A stretch of 58,038 nt of DNA from NCBI GenBank assembly GCA_029261695.1, contig JAJDAV010000066.1, positions 1-58,038 on the forward strand, in the 5' to 3' direction. The notes under the pieces are model-generated. The model was given only the letters and a program-made list of their open reading frames with translations, did no database searches and was not told the origin of the DNA. A program made the position numbers and the translations under genes. Numbering within the stretch: position 1 is the first letter of the stretch; the number at the start of each line of letters is the position of its first letter. Positions 45,924-55,520 of this stretch are shown here, piece after piece. Origin of the DNA: Nitrospinaceae bacterium (lineage in GTDB: Bacteria; Nitrospinota; Nitrospinia; Nitrospinales; VA-1).

Positions 45924-47801
45924 TCAAACTGTAACTTCTCTTATTTGAACTTCGACCTTGAGTTTCTCGGTTCCGCCACCTTTGAATATGGTTCCACTGA
46001 CAGGGGTTGCGTCCCGATAGTTTCTCCCACAAGCAGTCCGCACATGATCCTGCGTTACCATACAGCCATTGGTAGGGTCAAAACCACGCCAACCTAAATA
46101 CGGGAGGTAAACCTCAGCCCAGGCATGAGAAGCATCGGATTGAATTTTGTTCTCATATTCGCCTCCCGTGTAAATATAGCCTACTCGGTATCGTGCCGGA
46201 ATGTTCAGCAAACGACATAGACAAATGAACAGATTTGCAAAATCTTGACACACTCCTTTGCGTAAAGAGAAAACATCAAACGCCGTGGTTTCCAGAAAGG
46301 TAATTCCTGGAACATAAGAAAAGTCTTCATAGATTTTTTTATTTATATCCACAAGACTGTCGATCAAATGGGAATCGTTACGCTCTACAAAGCTCATAGC
46401 ATAATCTGTCATCTGCCTGAGCTGGGTTTCTGGGAGTTCTGGTGGCAACAAATAAGGAAGCATCATTTGACGCTGCCATGGCATCCACACAAGTGGAATT
46501 TGAGAACGGCGCATGACAGGGCTATGATCGTCCGAGGGAACAGCATAGACTTTGACCCGGCTTTTCATTTTAATCATCAGTTGCGGATACTTTTTGGTGA
46601 TGTCGTAATAGATTGAATGATTCGCAAACACATCTTCAAACGGTAACATTTCACCATCAACAGAAAGTTCCAGTGTGGCCTGCACCACTTCCTGAACCGC
46701 ATCTTCCACGGGTTGCAAACGGAAGGTATGAGAACTATGTTCAACCGGGACGGAATATTTATATTCAGTAAGATGAGAAATATCATAATATCTGTAACTT
46801 AATGGAATCCCCTCCATATCATGGGTCAGAGATTTAATGTTTATGATATTTGAAAAGCTTTCACTAATAATTTCTTCCTCTTCATCAACCGCTTCGACAC
46901 TTGTTTGTGATTGCTCGGCCTGTTGACTGACAAATAATTCCGATTCTTCTACTTCTTTCGAAGATGATTCAGTTTCAATAGGCAGTGACTGGGGTTTTAC
47001 CTTTTTTGGAAGGCTGTCCCAGTATACGGCTCCTCTTCGGACAATAATGAGACGTCCAGGCTCCATCGGTTCAAATGGGGTATCATTGAATTCGAAAGAG
47101 GTGACCATGAAAACTGTGCGTAGAGAATCGCGAGGGTCTTCCAGATCAAGACAAACAAGATCAGACTCGAAAAGGGGTGGCTTTTCGGAAGGCAACACTC
47201 GGTGCGTATAAAGCTGGCTTGTTGAATTTTTTCCATGATAAATGGCCATACTTCTACCATCACTGATAACAAAGTCGGCACTTCCAAGGGTATCCAGTTG
47301 TTCCATCCAAGATAAGAACACGCTGCCCTCAACATCGGTCAAAGCTTTTGCCGAAGATTGCATTAGTTGGAATAATAAAAAGCAAAAAGCCAGTTCGGTG
47401 TCGGTTGTGCCAATAGGTTCAAGTATGCCGGTTGGATCAGGATAGAGGTCTCGCAAAGCCACGGGATCCAACTGCCCATTGTGCATGAAAAGCCAATCAT
47501 AGCCGCCAAAACTTCGTCGAAAGGGCTGGCTATCGTGCTGAGTATATTGTCTTCCGACCCCTTTCACCTTGCACATAAACATGGTCGAACGAAAGCTGGT
47601 TCCATCTTTAAGTGTATCCAGCAAAGTCTGACTATCCTTGGCCATTCCGTCCTTCACTATAGAAGCGCCATAGTCATCATTGGGATGCCATCCAAACCCC
47701 CAACCTGGAGTCTTCAGAGCTTTGGCATCTTCTCCTGTGGGGAAAGAAATAGAAGGGGAGCCCATGCAATCAAAATTAAGTGCTAGAATTTCACCGGACA
47801 T
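45924..47801 (-). CDS. Fusion protein: class-II glutamine-amidotransferase-like domain + Bact_transglu_N + transglutaminase-like cysteine protease core
   Basis: N-terminal GATase-II-like motifs PGWGFGW, SQPF, WLFMHNGQL. Middle YDISHLTEYKYSVPVEHSSHTFRLQP. C-terminal Cys-His-Asp core GVCQDFANLF, SHAWAEVYLP, GFDPTNG. Confidence 0.85.
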   Translation of the reverse strand: MSGEILALNFDCMGSPSISFPTGEDAKALKTPGWGFGWHPNDDYGASIVKDGMAKDSQTLLDTLKDGTSFRSTMFMCKVKGVGRQYTQHDSQPFRRSFGGYDWLFMHNGQLDPVALRDLYPDPTGILEPIGTTDTELAFCFLLFQLMQSSAKALTDVEGSVFLSWMEQLDTLGSADFVISDGRSMAIYHGKNSTSQLYTHRVLPSEKPPLFESDLVCLDLEDPRDSLRTVFMVTSFEFNDTPFEPMEPGRLIIVRRGAVYWDSLPKKVKPQSLPIETESSSKEVEESELFVSQQAEQSQTSVEAVDEEEEIISESFSNIINIKSLTHDMEGIPLSYRYYDISHLTEYKYSVPVEHSSHTFRLQPVEDAVQEVVQATLELSVDGEMLPFEDVFANHSIYYDITKKYPQLMIKMKSRVKVYAVPSDDHSPVMRRSQIPLVWMPWQRQMMLPYLLPPELPETQLRQMTDYAMSFVERNDSHLIDSLVDINKKIYEDFSYVPGITFLETTAFDVFSLRKGVCQDFANLFICLCRLLNIPARYRVGYIYTGGEYENKIQSDASHAWAEVYLPYLGWRGFDPTNGCMVTQDHVRTACGRNYRDATPVSGTIFKGGGTEKLKVEVQIREVTV

Positions 47802-47864
47802 ATTGGTTTACGTTTCTTTCGTTAATTATATTTAAATAATATATTAATCCCATTCTACTACACC

Positions 47865-47873
47865 TGTTATAAT
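47865..47873 (+). promoter_or_regulatory. Candidate extended -10 element (TGTTATAAT) for the DUF2126 transglutaminase gene
   Basis: Matches TGnTATAAT in the 130-nt divergent spacer, 59 nt upstream of ATG 47932. No clear -35. Confidence 0.3.
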
Positions 47874-47931
47874 TCTTGAGCAACAAAAAAAAACACTTCA
47901 ATCAATCAACACAATTTCAACAGGGTGAATA

Positions 47932-50900
47932 ATGACTGTAAGGGTTTCCCTTCATCACTTGACAAGTTACACCTATGAACGAATGATCAATCTTGGGCCA
48001 CAGACCATTCGTCTGCGTCCAGCTCCACATACTCGCGCAACAGTTCCTTCCTACTCTTTAAAAATTTTACCAGATAAATATTTCATAAACTGGCAACAAG
48101 ACCCTTTTGGCAATCATCTTGCGCGCCTGGTCTTTCCAGAAAAAACCAAGACATTTCAGGTCGAAGTGAATTTGATCAGTGAAATAAGTGTTTTCAATCC
48201 ATTTGATTTTTTTCTTGAAGAAAGTGCTACCGAATTTCCCTTCAAATATGAACCTTGGCTTGCCGAGGAACTGGCCCCTTACCTTGAAATAAAAGAAAAG
48301 GGTCCTCTTCTACAGAAATTTTTGCAAGAATTCCCTGACAAGAAACAAGCCACAAATGATTTTCTAGTTTCAATCAATGGCGCCGTCAATCAAGCCCTTA
48401 ATTATATTATTCGTCTTGATCCGGGTGTTCAAACTTGTGAAGAAACTTTAAAGCTGAAACGTGGTTCTTGCCGAGATATGTCCTGGTTGTTATGCCAGAT
48501 ACTCCGCCACATGGGGCTAGCAACCCGATTTGCCTCAGGTTACCTGATTCAACTGAAACTGGATCAAGAATCCCTCGATGGGCCCTCTGGAGTTGCAGAA
48601 GATTGCACCGATCTTCATGCGTGGACCGAAGTTTATCTTCCCGGTGCAGGCTGGATAGGCCTTGACCCGACTTCCGGTTTACTAACCGGAGAGGGACACA
48701 TCCCACTTTGTTGCACACCCAGTCCTTCAAGTGCTGCACCCATATCCGGGGCGTTGGAACCTTGCGAATCAAAATTACATCATGAAATGACAGTTACTCG
48801 CATTTACGAAGACCGACGAGTTTCAAAACCTTTCAGTGAGAACGAATGGGGAGAAATCGATCTTCTTGGAGAAAAGGTGGATGGCGATTTAAATAAAATG
48901 GGGATCAAATTGACCATGGGTGGAGAGCCTACATTTGTTTCCATCGACGATAGAGAAAGTGAAGAGTGGAAAACTGCCGCCTTCGGTCCTAAAAAGAAAG
49001 GCCTCGGTAACGAGCTATTACTCCGGATGAAACGCCGTTTTGCTCCCGGTGCACTCCAGCATTATGCACAGGGTAAATGGTATCCTGGAGAACTTCTTCC
49101 ACGCTGGTCACTGGGTTGTTACTGGAGAAAAGATCGTGAGCCTATCTGGAAGGACGGAACACTTTTGGCCGATATCGAGAAAAGCCAGGGGCACGACATT
49201 GAAACTGCAAAACAGTTCACCCATGAATTCTCCAAAGCATTAGGAATTTCAACTCAGTTTGTCATGCCCGCGCATGAGGACTCTCCTTATTATCTTTGGC
49301 AGGAACAAAAACTACCTGTTGAAGGTGAGATTCTCAAGGCAGACCTTTATGAAAAAACCGAGCGCCAACGGTTACAAAAATTGCTCGAAAAAAACTTGAA
49401 CGACCCCATCGGCTTTGTTCTTCCCATTCATTTCTCTACGGTTGAAAACCGTTGGATCAGCAACCGATGGAAATTTCGCACCGAACATTTAATTCTGATT
49501 CCGGGAGATTCTCCTGTTGGGTTGCGTCTGCCTCTAAACAGCCTTCCTTATAATGCGGAAAAAGTTCGTGAATTACAAAGCGAGCCCAGTCACTTTCAGA
49601 ATAAGGATCAACTCCCCGCATGGAGCGCATTACAAAAAACCATCCAACAGAATATGAAGGCGAAGCCCGATCATTCTGGGCATCCAACCGAAGGTTTGAT
49701 CCGTACATCGATTTGCGTGGAAGTGCGTAACGGGACATTACATATTTTTCTTCCACCTATCAAATATTTGGATCAGTTTCTTGATTTGACGGCAACCATT
49801 GAAGCCGTTGCAAGCAAGCTGAAAACCCCAGTTGTGCTGGAAGGTTATGACCCTCCAAATGATTCCAGGATTCAGCACTTCAAAATAACTCCAGATCCAG
49901 GCGTGCTAGAGGTCAACGTTCATCCAGCAAAAAGCTGGCGGGAGTTGGTTGAGATCACCCAAACGGTTTTCGAAGAAGCTCGTCAAACTCGACTTTCATC
50001 AGATAAATTTCTTTTGGATGGTCGCCGCATCGGCACGGGTGGCGGAAATCATATTGTAATTGGTGGCCCCACTCCTCCTGAAAGTCCATTTTTATTACGC
50101 CCAGACCTTTTACGCAGCATGTTGTCTTTCTGGCAAAATCATCCTTCACTGTCTTATTTGTTTTCTTCGATCTTCATCGGTCCGACAAGCCAATCGCCAA
50201 GAATTGACGAAGCGCGAATGGATTCACTGTATGCACTTGAAATTGCCTTTCAGAAAATTCCAAAAGGGGAAACGACTCCACCGTGGTTGGTAGATCGCCT
50301 GTTGCGAAATGTTCTAGTGGATATGACAGGCAATACCCACCGCACCGAAATTTGTATCGACAAATTGTATAGCCCTGATGGCGAACGCGGACGACTGGGT
50401 CTTGTGGAACTGCGTGGTTTTGAAATGACCCCTCATCCACAAATGAATTTATTGCAGGCACTTTTGATACGAACCTGTGTAGCTCATTTCAGTAAGAATC
50501 CTTATATGGCGAATCTGGTTCGTTGGGGAACACAACTGCATGACCGTTTTATGTTGCCGCATTTTGTCTGGGAAGATTTTAAGAATATCATTCGCGAATT
50601 ACAACTGGGAGGCTACCCTCTTCAACTTGATTGGTTTCGTCCTTCTTTGGAGTTTCGATTTCCAAAATACGGTTCATTGCAAATTGGACAAATCAATATG
50701 GAACTGCGCATGGCCCTTGAACCCTGGACCGTGTTAGGTGAAGAAATGTATATGGGAACAGTGAGCCGTTCTGTAGATGCTTCCATCGAACGTCTGCAGG
50801 TCAAGGTAGAAGGGCTAAAGGAAACTCAACAGATAGTAACTTGTAATGGCAGACGGATTCCGATGAAGCCAACATCAGAAAATGGCGTGTTTGTCGGTGG

Positions 50901-51204
50901 TGTGCGTTTCAAAGCCTGGGCGCCTCCGTCCAGTCTTCTTGCTACAGTGCCCGTGCATGCGCCTCTTATATTTGACATTCTTGACATCCGGCATGAACGT
51001 TCGGTCGGAGGTTGCACCTACCATGTAAGCCATCCTGGCGGCAGAAGTTATGATATTTTTCCAGTAAACGAAAATGAGGCGGAAGGAAGAAGGTTGTCAC
51101 GATTTGAACCAATGGGACACTTCAAGGAAAAAATGAAAATCCCGCCTATCGAAGAGAATCCAGATTTCCCATTTACTCTGGATCTATGTCGAGATAATTT
51201 TTGA
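47932..51204 (+). CDS. Transglutaminase-family protein with a large DUF2126 (putative amidoligase) C-terminal region, 1090 aa
   Basis: Bact_transglu_N start MTVRVSLHHLTSYTYERMINLGPQTIRLRP. Core GSCRDMSWLL, DLHAWTEVYLPGAGW, GLDPTSG. About 800 aa follow, with the typical TMGGEPTF and GTGGGNH segments. Confidence 0.88.
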   Translation: MTVRVSLHHLTSYTYERMINLGPQTIRLRPAPHTRATVPSYSLKILPDKYFINWQQDPFGNHLARLVFPEKTKTFQVEVNLISEISVFNPFDFFLEESATEFPFKYEPWLAEELAPYLEIKEKGPLLQKFLQEFPDKKQATNDFLVSINGAVNQALNYIIRLDPGVQTCEETLKLKRGSCRDMSWLLCQILRHMGLATRFASGYLIQLKLDQESLDGPSGVAEDCTDLHAWTEVYLPGAGWIGLDPTSGLLTGEGHIPLCCTPSPSSAAPISGALEPCESKLHHEMTVTRIYEDRRVSKPFSENEWGEIDLLGEKVDGDLNKMGIKLTMGGEPTFVSIDDRESEEWKTAAFGPKKKGLGNELLLRMKRRFAPGALQHYAQGKWYPGELLPRWSLGCYWRKDREPIWKDGTLLADIEKSQGHDIETAKQFTHEFSKALGISTQFVMPAHEDSPYYLWQEQKLPVEGEILKADLYEKTERQRLQKLLEKNLNDPIGFVLPIHFSTVENRWISNRWKFRTEHLILIPGDSPVGLRLPLNSLPYNAEKVRELQSEPSHFQNKDQLPAWSALQKTIQQNMKAKPDHSGHPTEGLIRTSICVEVRNGTLHIFLPPIKYLDQFLDLTATIEAVASKLKTPVVLEGYDPPNDSRIQHFKITPDPGVLEVNVHPAKSWRELVEITQTVFEEARQTRLSSDKFLLDGRRIGTGGGNHIVIGGPTPPESPFLLRPDLLRSMLSFWQNHPSLSYLFSSIFIGPTSQSPRIDEARMDSLYALEIAFQKIPKGETTPPWLVDRLLRNVLVDMTGNTHRTEICIDKLYSPDGERGRLGLVELRGFEMTPHPQMNLLQALLIRTCVAHFSKNPYMANLVRWGTQLHDRFMLPHFVWEDFKNIIRELQLGGYPLQLDWFRPSLEFRFPKYGSLQIGQINMELRMALEPWTVLGEEMYMGTVSRSVDASIERLQVKVEGLKETQQIVTCNGRRIPMKPTSENGVFVGGVRFKAWAPPSSLLATVPVHAPLIFDILDIRHERSVGGCTYHVSHPGGRSYDIFPVNENEAEGRRLSRFEPMGHFKEKMKIPPIEENPDFPFTLDLCRDNF

Positions 51205-51215
51205 TTGAGCTTTTT

Positions 51216-52217
51216 CTATTGGTATTGACTCTGATATTGAGTTCCGTAGCGATTATTGTCTGTCATCTGTTTGACTGCGAAAAAGTTTTCATGAACCGCT
51301 TCCCCCAAACTGTTCAAGTCAGTTTGAATTCCATCGAGAAATTGGTGTAAGCCGATAGACCTGACTTCATCCACACTGGAGTAATTAAGCTTTCCAGAAA
51401 GTTTTCCAAACTGCCTCTCCATCTCATTGTTGAATGAACCCATTGGCGTTCCCATGATTCTAGATAAGGACTGCTCTGCATGGTTGACGCAATACAGAAT
51501 CGAACGGGGAAATTCACGGTCAAAAACCAGAAACTCAATAATATTTTCAGGGGTAATCAGGTTGAACTTTTTTCTGTACATTTCAAAGGAACTTGTGGAT
51601 TTTAAAAGAGCCGACCACTGAACACTGTCCATCGAAGAACCCACATAATCAATCCTAGGGAGGATGATAAAATATTTTACATCGAGAATGCGGGAGGTTT
51701 TATCAGCTCTTTCCAAAAATCTACCTAACTCAGCAAAATGCCAGCCTTCACCACGAGACATGGTTGTATAAGCAATACCCATCATCAAGTGGCTTGTCAT
51801 TTTTATATTAGAATAAAATTTATGCGGGTCCTTAAAGGCACTTAAACTATTACCCATACCTGCCACTTCGAGATAAAGTTTATTGATCATCTCCCAGAAT
51901 TCTGAGGGGATTACTTCTCTAATCGATCTCGCATTTTCACGCGCCGCAGTAAGGCAGGATTTAATGGAATGGGCATAGGCTCCATCGAAGGTATGAAAAA
52001 ACATTACGTTTTCTCTAGTATGAGAACCCAGTTTTTCATAAAAGTACTCACCATCCCCCGTAATATCTACCAGCGGTTTCCAAGCATCCGGGTCATCTCT
52101 TAATGAAGGCATATCCAGAATCATATGCAACTGGGTTTCAATCAGTCGTGCAATATTCTCCGCCCGTTCCAGGTAACAGTTCATCCAGAAAATTGAGTTT
52201 GCAACTCGGCTTAGCAT
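51216..52217 (-). CDS. Alpha-E domain protein (DUF403)
   Basis: N-terminus MLSRVANSIFWMNCYLERAENIARLIE is typical of alpha-E proteins. Located directly downstream of the circularly permuted ATP-grasp gene. Confidence 0.85.
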   Translation of the reverse strand: MLSRVANSIFWMNCYLERAENIARLIETQLHMILDMPSLRDDPDAWKPLVDITGDGEYFYEKLGSHTRENVMFFHTFDGAYAHSIKSCLTAARENARSIREVIPSEFWEMINKLYLEVAGMGNSLSAFKDPHKFYSNIKMTSHLMMGIAYTTMSRGEGWHFAELGRFLERADKTSRILDVKYFIILPRIDYVGSSMDSVQWSALLKSTSSFEMYRKKFNLITPENIIEFLVFDREFPRSILYCVNHAEQSLSRIMGTPMGSFNNEMERQFGKLSGKLNYSSVDEVRSIGLHQFLDGIQTDLNSLGEAVHENFFAVKQMTDNNRYGTQYQSQYQ

Positions 52218-52238
52218 AGTTTCATACCTGTTCAGATA

Positions 52239-53729
52239 CTAAATTGGATCTTCTTCCAGAACCCAAGTGTCCTTACTTCCACCCCCTTGGGATGAATTAA
52301 CTACCAAAGAGTTTTTTTCCAAGGCCACCCGAGTCAAGCCACCGGGGAGCACTTGAATTTCTTCACCATACAAAACATAAGGGCGAAGGTCGATATGCCG
52401 ACCTTCAAAATGATCTTTTACAACCACGGGAACACGGGAAAGCTGAACCACAGGTTGACCAATATAATTGCGGGGTTCTCTTTTGATATTTTCAATCATC
52501 TCTAGTTGCTGCTTTTTGGTTGAAAAAGGACCGATTAACATTCCATACCCTCCAGAACCATGGGTAGTTTTGACAACAAAGTTTGCAATGTTGTCGATAA
52601 CATGTTGGCGTTCTTTCTCCACCTCACACACAAAGGTCGGGACATTGGGAAGTATCGCATCTTCACCTGTGTAATATTTGACAATTTCCGGCACAAATGA
52701 ATAAATCGCCTTGTCATCTGCAATGCCAGCTCCCGGCGCATTGGCTAATGCCACTTTCCCTGCGCGATAAGAATTCATTATCCCCGGCACTCCAAGCAAT
52801 GAATCCGGATTGAAAACGGTCGGGTCCAGATATTCGTCATCAATTCTTCTATATATGGCATCTACTTTTTCAAAACCCTTTGTCGTTCTCATATAAACAA
52901 AATCATCCATGACAACGAGGTCCTGTCCCTCAACCAACTCCTCGCCCATTTGTTGAGCCAGGAACGAGTGTTCGAAATATGCCGAATTATGAATCCCCGG
53001 AGTGAGGATAACAATGTTGGGATTCATCACAGATTCAGGAATCAGATTGCGAAGTGTGTCAGAAAGGCGGCTGGCGTAATCATCGACCGGTCGAATCGGC
53101 AAAGCCTCAAAAACAACGGGGAGGGTTCGCTTCATAACACTTCGGTTGCCTAGTACATAGGAGACTCCAGAAGGGCAGCGCAAGTTATCCTCTAGTACAA
53201 AGAAATCCCCTTTCTCATCTCTGACCAAATCGATTCCACTAATATGACACCAGACACCTTTCGGTGGTTTTAATCCCTCGCATTCTTTACGGTAGGCCAC
53301 AGAGGAAAGGATGATTTCCTTAGATATCACACCATCCTTAATTATCTTTTGATCATTATAAACATCATCGATAAATTTGTTGAGCGCATAAACTCTTTGC
53401 TTCACACCTCGATCAATAAAGTCCCAATCACTGGCTTTGATAATTCGGGGAATGATATCGAAGGGAAAAACCTTTTCCAACCCTTTTTGATCTCCGTAAA
53501 CCCCGAACGTAATCCCCATCTGCATGAATGCTGCTTCAGCCGCTTTCTGCCGATCAGACAATTCTCGTTTAGAAAATGAGTTAATCCGATCCACCAATTT
53601 TTTGGCTTCAGATCTGGCCTGACCGGATGCTTCAAAAAACTCATCGTAGAAATGCTCTGGATTGTAAGAATCGAAATTCATTAAATTTAAAGTTTGAATA
53701 TTAGAGAGCTTACCTTGATAATCTATCAA
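52239..53729 (-). CDS. Circularly permuted ATP-grasp protein, type 2 (COG2308-like)
   Basis: YDEFFEASGQARSEAKKL, GITFGVYGDQKGLEKVFPFDIIPRII, CPSGVSYVLGNR, VVKTTHGSGGYGMLIGP. The start may be the internal ATG at 53681. Confidence 0.88.
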   Translation of the reverse strand: MIDYQGKLSNIQTLNLMNFDSYNPEHFYDEFFEASGQARSEAKKLVDRINSFSKRELSDRQKAAEAAFMQMGITFGVYGDQKGLEKVFPFDIIPRIIKASDWDFIDRGVKQRVYALNKFIDDVYNDQKIIKDGVISKEIILSSVAYRKECEGLKPPKGVWCHISGIDLVRDEKGDFFVLEDNLRCPSGVSYVLGNRSVMKRTLPVVFEALPIRPVDDYASRLSDTLRNLIPESVMNPNIVILTPGIHNSAYFEHSFLAQQMGEELVEGQDLVVMDDFVYMRTTKGFEKVDAIYRRIDDEYLDPTVFNPDSLLGVPGIMNSYRAGKVALANAPGAGIADDKAIYSFVPEIVKYYTGEDAILPNVPTFVCEVEKERQHVIDNIANFVVKTTHGSGGYGMLIGPFSTKKQQLEMIENIKREPRNYIGQPVVQLSRVPVVVKDHFEGRHIDLRPYVLYGEEIQVLPGGLTRVALEKNSLVVNSSQGGGSKDTWVLEEDPI

Positions 53730-53823
53730 ACACTTCCAAATTTACACGGTTTCCATTCTAGCGGATTATATTCTTTAATCCCATTGGTTTTTTTAAATTT
53801 TCAATCGGATTAAAAATATTTTT

Positions 53824-54738
53824 ATGAACTATAAGAAATTGATTTCGGCAATATCTGATGAACTAAAAGTCCTTGAAGATAAAGGAAAGGTGGCCTCTTA
53901 CATACCAGAGCTAAAAAAAATTGATCCAGGGAAATTTGGACTTCATATTGCCACTGTGGACAATAAAAGCTATGGGCTGGGGGATTACAATGAAAAGTTT
54001 TCGATTCAAAGTATTTCCAAAGTTTTAGCTCTGACATTGGCCTTTAAAATTGATGACAACAAATTATGGGATCGTGTAGACGTGGAGCCTTCTGGCACTC
54101 CTTTCAATTCGATGATTCAATTAGAGTACGAAAAGGGTATCCCTCGCAATCCCCTAATCAATGCAGGCGCTTTGGTTCTTTGCGATGTTTTGGTCAGTCA
54201 TCTAAAAAACCCGAGAGAGGAGTTTATTGAGTTTTTAAGAAATATTTCCGGAGACCCAAACATAGACTACTGCTATAAAATTTTCGAATCAGAAAAACAG
54301 ACAGGCTTTAGAAACGCTGCTCTAATAAATTTAATGAAGTCTTTTGGGAATATAAAAAATAAAATTGAAACGGTATTGGATTTTTATTACCACTTGTGTT
54401 CCATCGAGATGTCTTGCAAAGAATTATCTCAGGTATTTTTATATCTTGCCGCGAAAGGGGTTCATCCTGCCACGAAAATTGAAGTGGTAAGTCCCAGCAA
54501 GTCAAAACGTATCAATGCAATTATGCAACTATGTGGTTTTTATGATGAGGCAGGAGAGTTTGCATTCACAGTCGGATTGCCTGGTAAAAGTGGAGTCGGG
54601 GGAGGGATTGTTGCGATTCACCCAGGAGAATTTAGTATTGCTGTGTGGAGTCCCAGATTAAATAAAAAAGGAAACTCTTATAAAGGGATGAGAATTCTTG
54701 AGTTTTTGACCAGTAAAACAGAATCATCCATTTTTTGA
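53824..54738 (+). CDS. glsA: Glutaminase A
   Basis: Ser-x-x-Lys site FSIQSISKVLALTLA, NPLINAGAL, GLPGKSGVGGGIVAI. 304 aa. Confidence 0.92.
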   Translation: MNYKKLISAISDELKVLEDKGKVASYIPELKKIDPGKFGLHIATVDNKSYGLGDYNEKFSIQSISKVLALTLAFKIDDNKLWDRVDVEPSGTPFNSMIQLEYEKGIPRNPLINAGALVLCDVLVSHLKNPREEFIEFLRNISGDPNIDYCYKIFESEKQTGFRNAALINLMKSFGNIKNKIETVLDFYYHLCSIEMSCKELSQVFLYLAAKGVHPATKIEVVSPSKSKRINAIMQLCGFYDEAGEFAFTVGLPGKSGVGGGIVAIHPGEFSIAVWSPRLNKKGNSYKGMRILEFLTSKTESSIF

Positions 54739-54743
54739 TTATT

Positions 54744-55247
54744 TTAAACAACGTCACTTTTTTTTAAGATACTCACTGTATTTGCAAAAACCAGAGAATT
54801 GGGGATCAAAATTACTTTTTCAGTTCCGTCAAGAGTCGTATACCGTAAATCGATATGACTTACTTTCCCCTCTTGCCCAGAAACTATTATATAGTCTCCA
54901 ATATCAAAAGGGTGATAGACCAAAATCAAGACTCCCACTAGTAAGTTTGAAATAGTATCTTTGAGCGCAAAACCCAGCGCGAACCCCGAAAGCCCCAGGC
55001 CCGCTACAAGAGCTGAGACATTGATCCCCAAAGTTCCTAAAGAGGTCACAACTCCAAAAACCATGATACTGATCTTAGCCACTTCAGAAACCAGTGAACG
55101 AACGGGTTCTTTAAGATTAAATCGGTCTCCTGATTTTTTTAATGCCGCCTGTGCGACTTTAGAAATCACCCAAAAGAAAAACAAGATGACTACTGCCATA
55201 GCAAACTTAGGCAGCCAAAGTAGCAATTGACTTTCAATAGATTGCAT
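54744..55247 (-). CDS. Small MscS-like mechanosensitive channel protein (TM3 plus beta domain only)
   Basis: Pore helix GINVSALVAGLGLSGFALGFALKDTISNLLVGVLIL followed by PFDIGDYIIVSGQEGKVSHIDLRYT. Lacks the C-terminal alpha-beta domain of full-length MscS. Confidence 0.8.
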   Translation of the reverse strand: MQSIESQLLLWLPKFAMAVVILFFFWVISKVAQAALKKSGDRFNLKEPVRSLVSEVAKISIMVFGVVTSLGTLGINVSALVAGLGLSGFALGFALKDTISNLLVGVLILVYHPFDIGDYIIVSGQEGKVSHIDLRYTTLDGTEKVILIPNSLVFANTVSILKKSDVV

Positions 55248-55257
55248 AATGTATGTT

Positions 55258-55458
55258 TTATCTACTCTTCACAGAGGAATATTTTGCTGTAAACCATCCA
55301 ATCAGAATGCCTATGGATAGCACCAAAAAAATCATTAACGCTCGAGATATTGAAAAATCCCAAATTAAAAAATTTACTTGAACCACCTCAACATTCTGAA
55401 GGGTAAAAATTACCACTAGAATCATTAAGGCTAGCCCAGTATATAGTTTTAAGCTCAT
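55258..55458 (-). CDS. LapA-domain (DUF1049) small membrane protein
   Basis: 66 aa with two TM helices and the motif FTLQNVEVVQVNFLIWDFSISRALMIFLV. Confidence 0.65.
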   Translation of the reverse strand: MSLKLYTGLALMILVVIFTLQNVEVVQVNFLIWDFSISRALMIFLVLSIGILIGWFTAKYSSVKSR

Positions 55459-55520
55459 TTCATTCTCCCGGCCACCACTTGGAAAGCCGATTGCACAATT
55501 TACTTTTCAATGCTTTTGGG

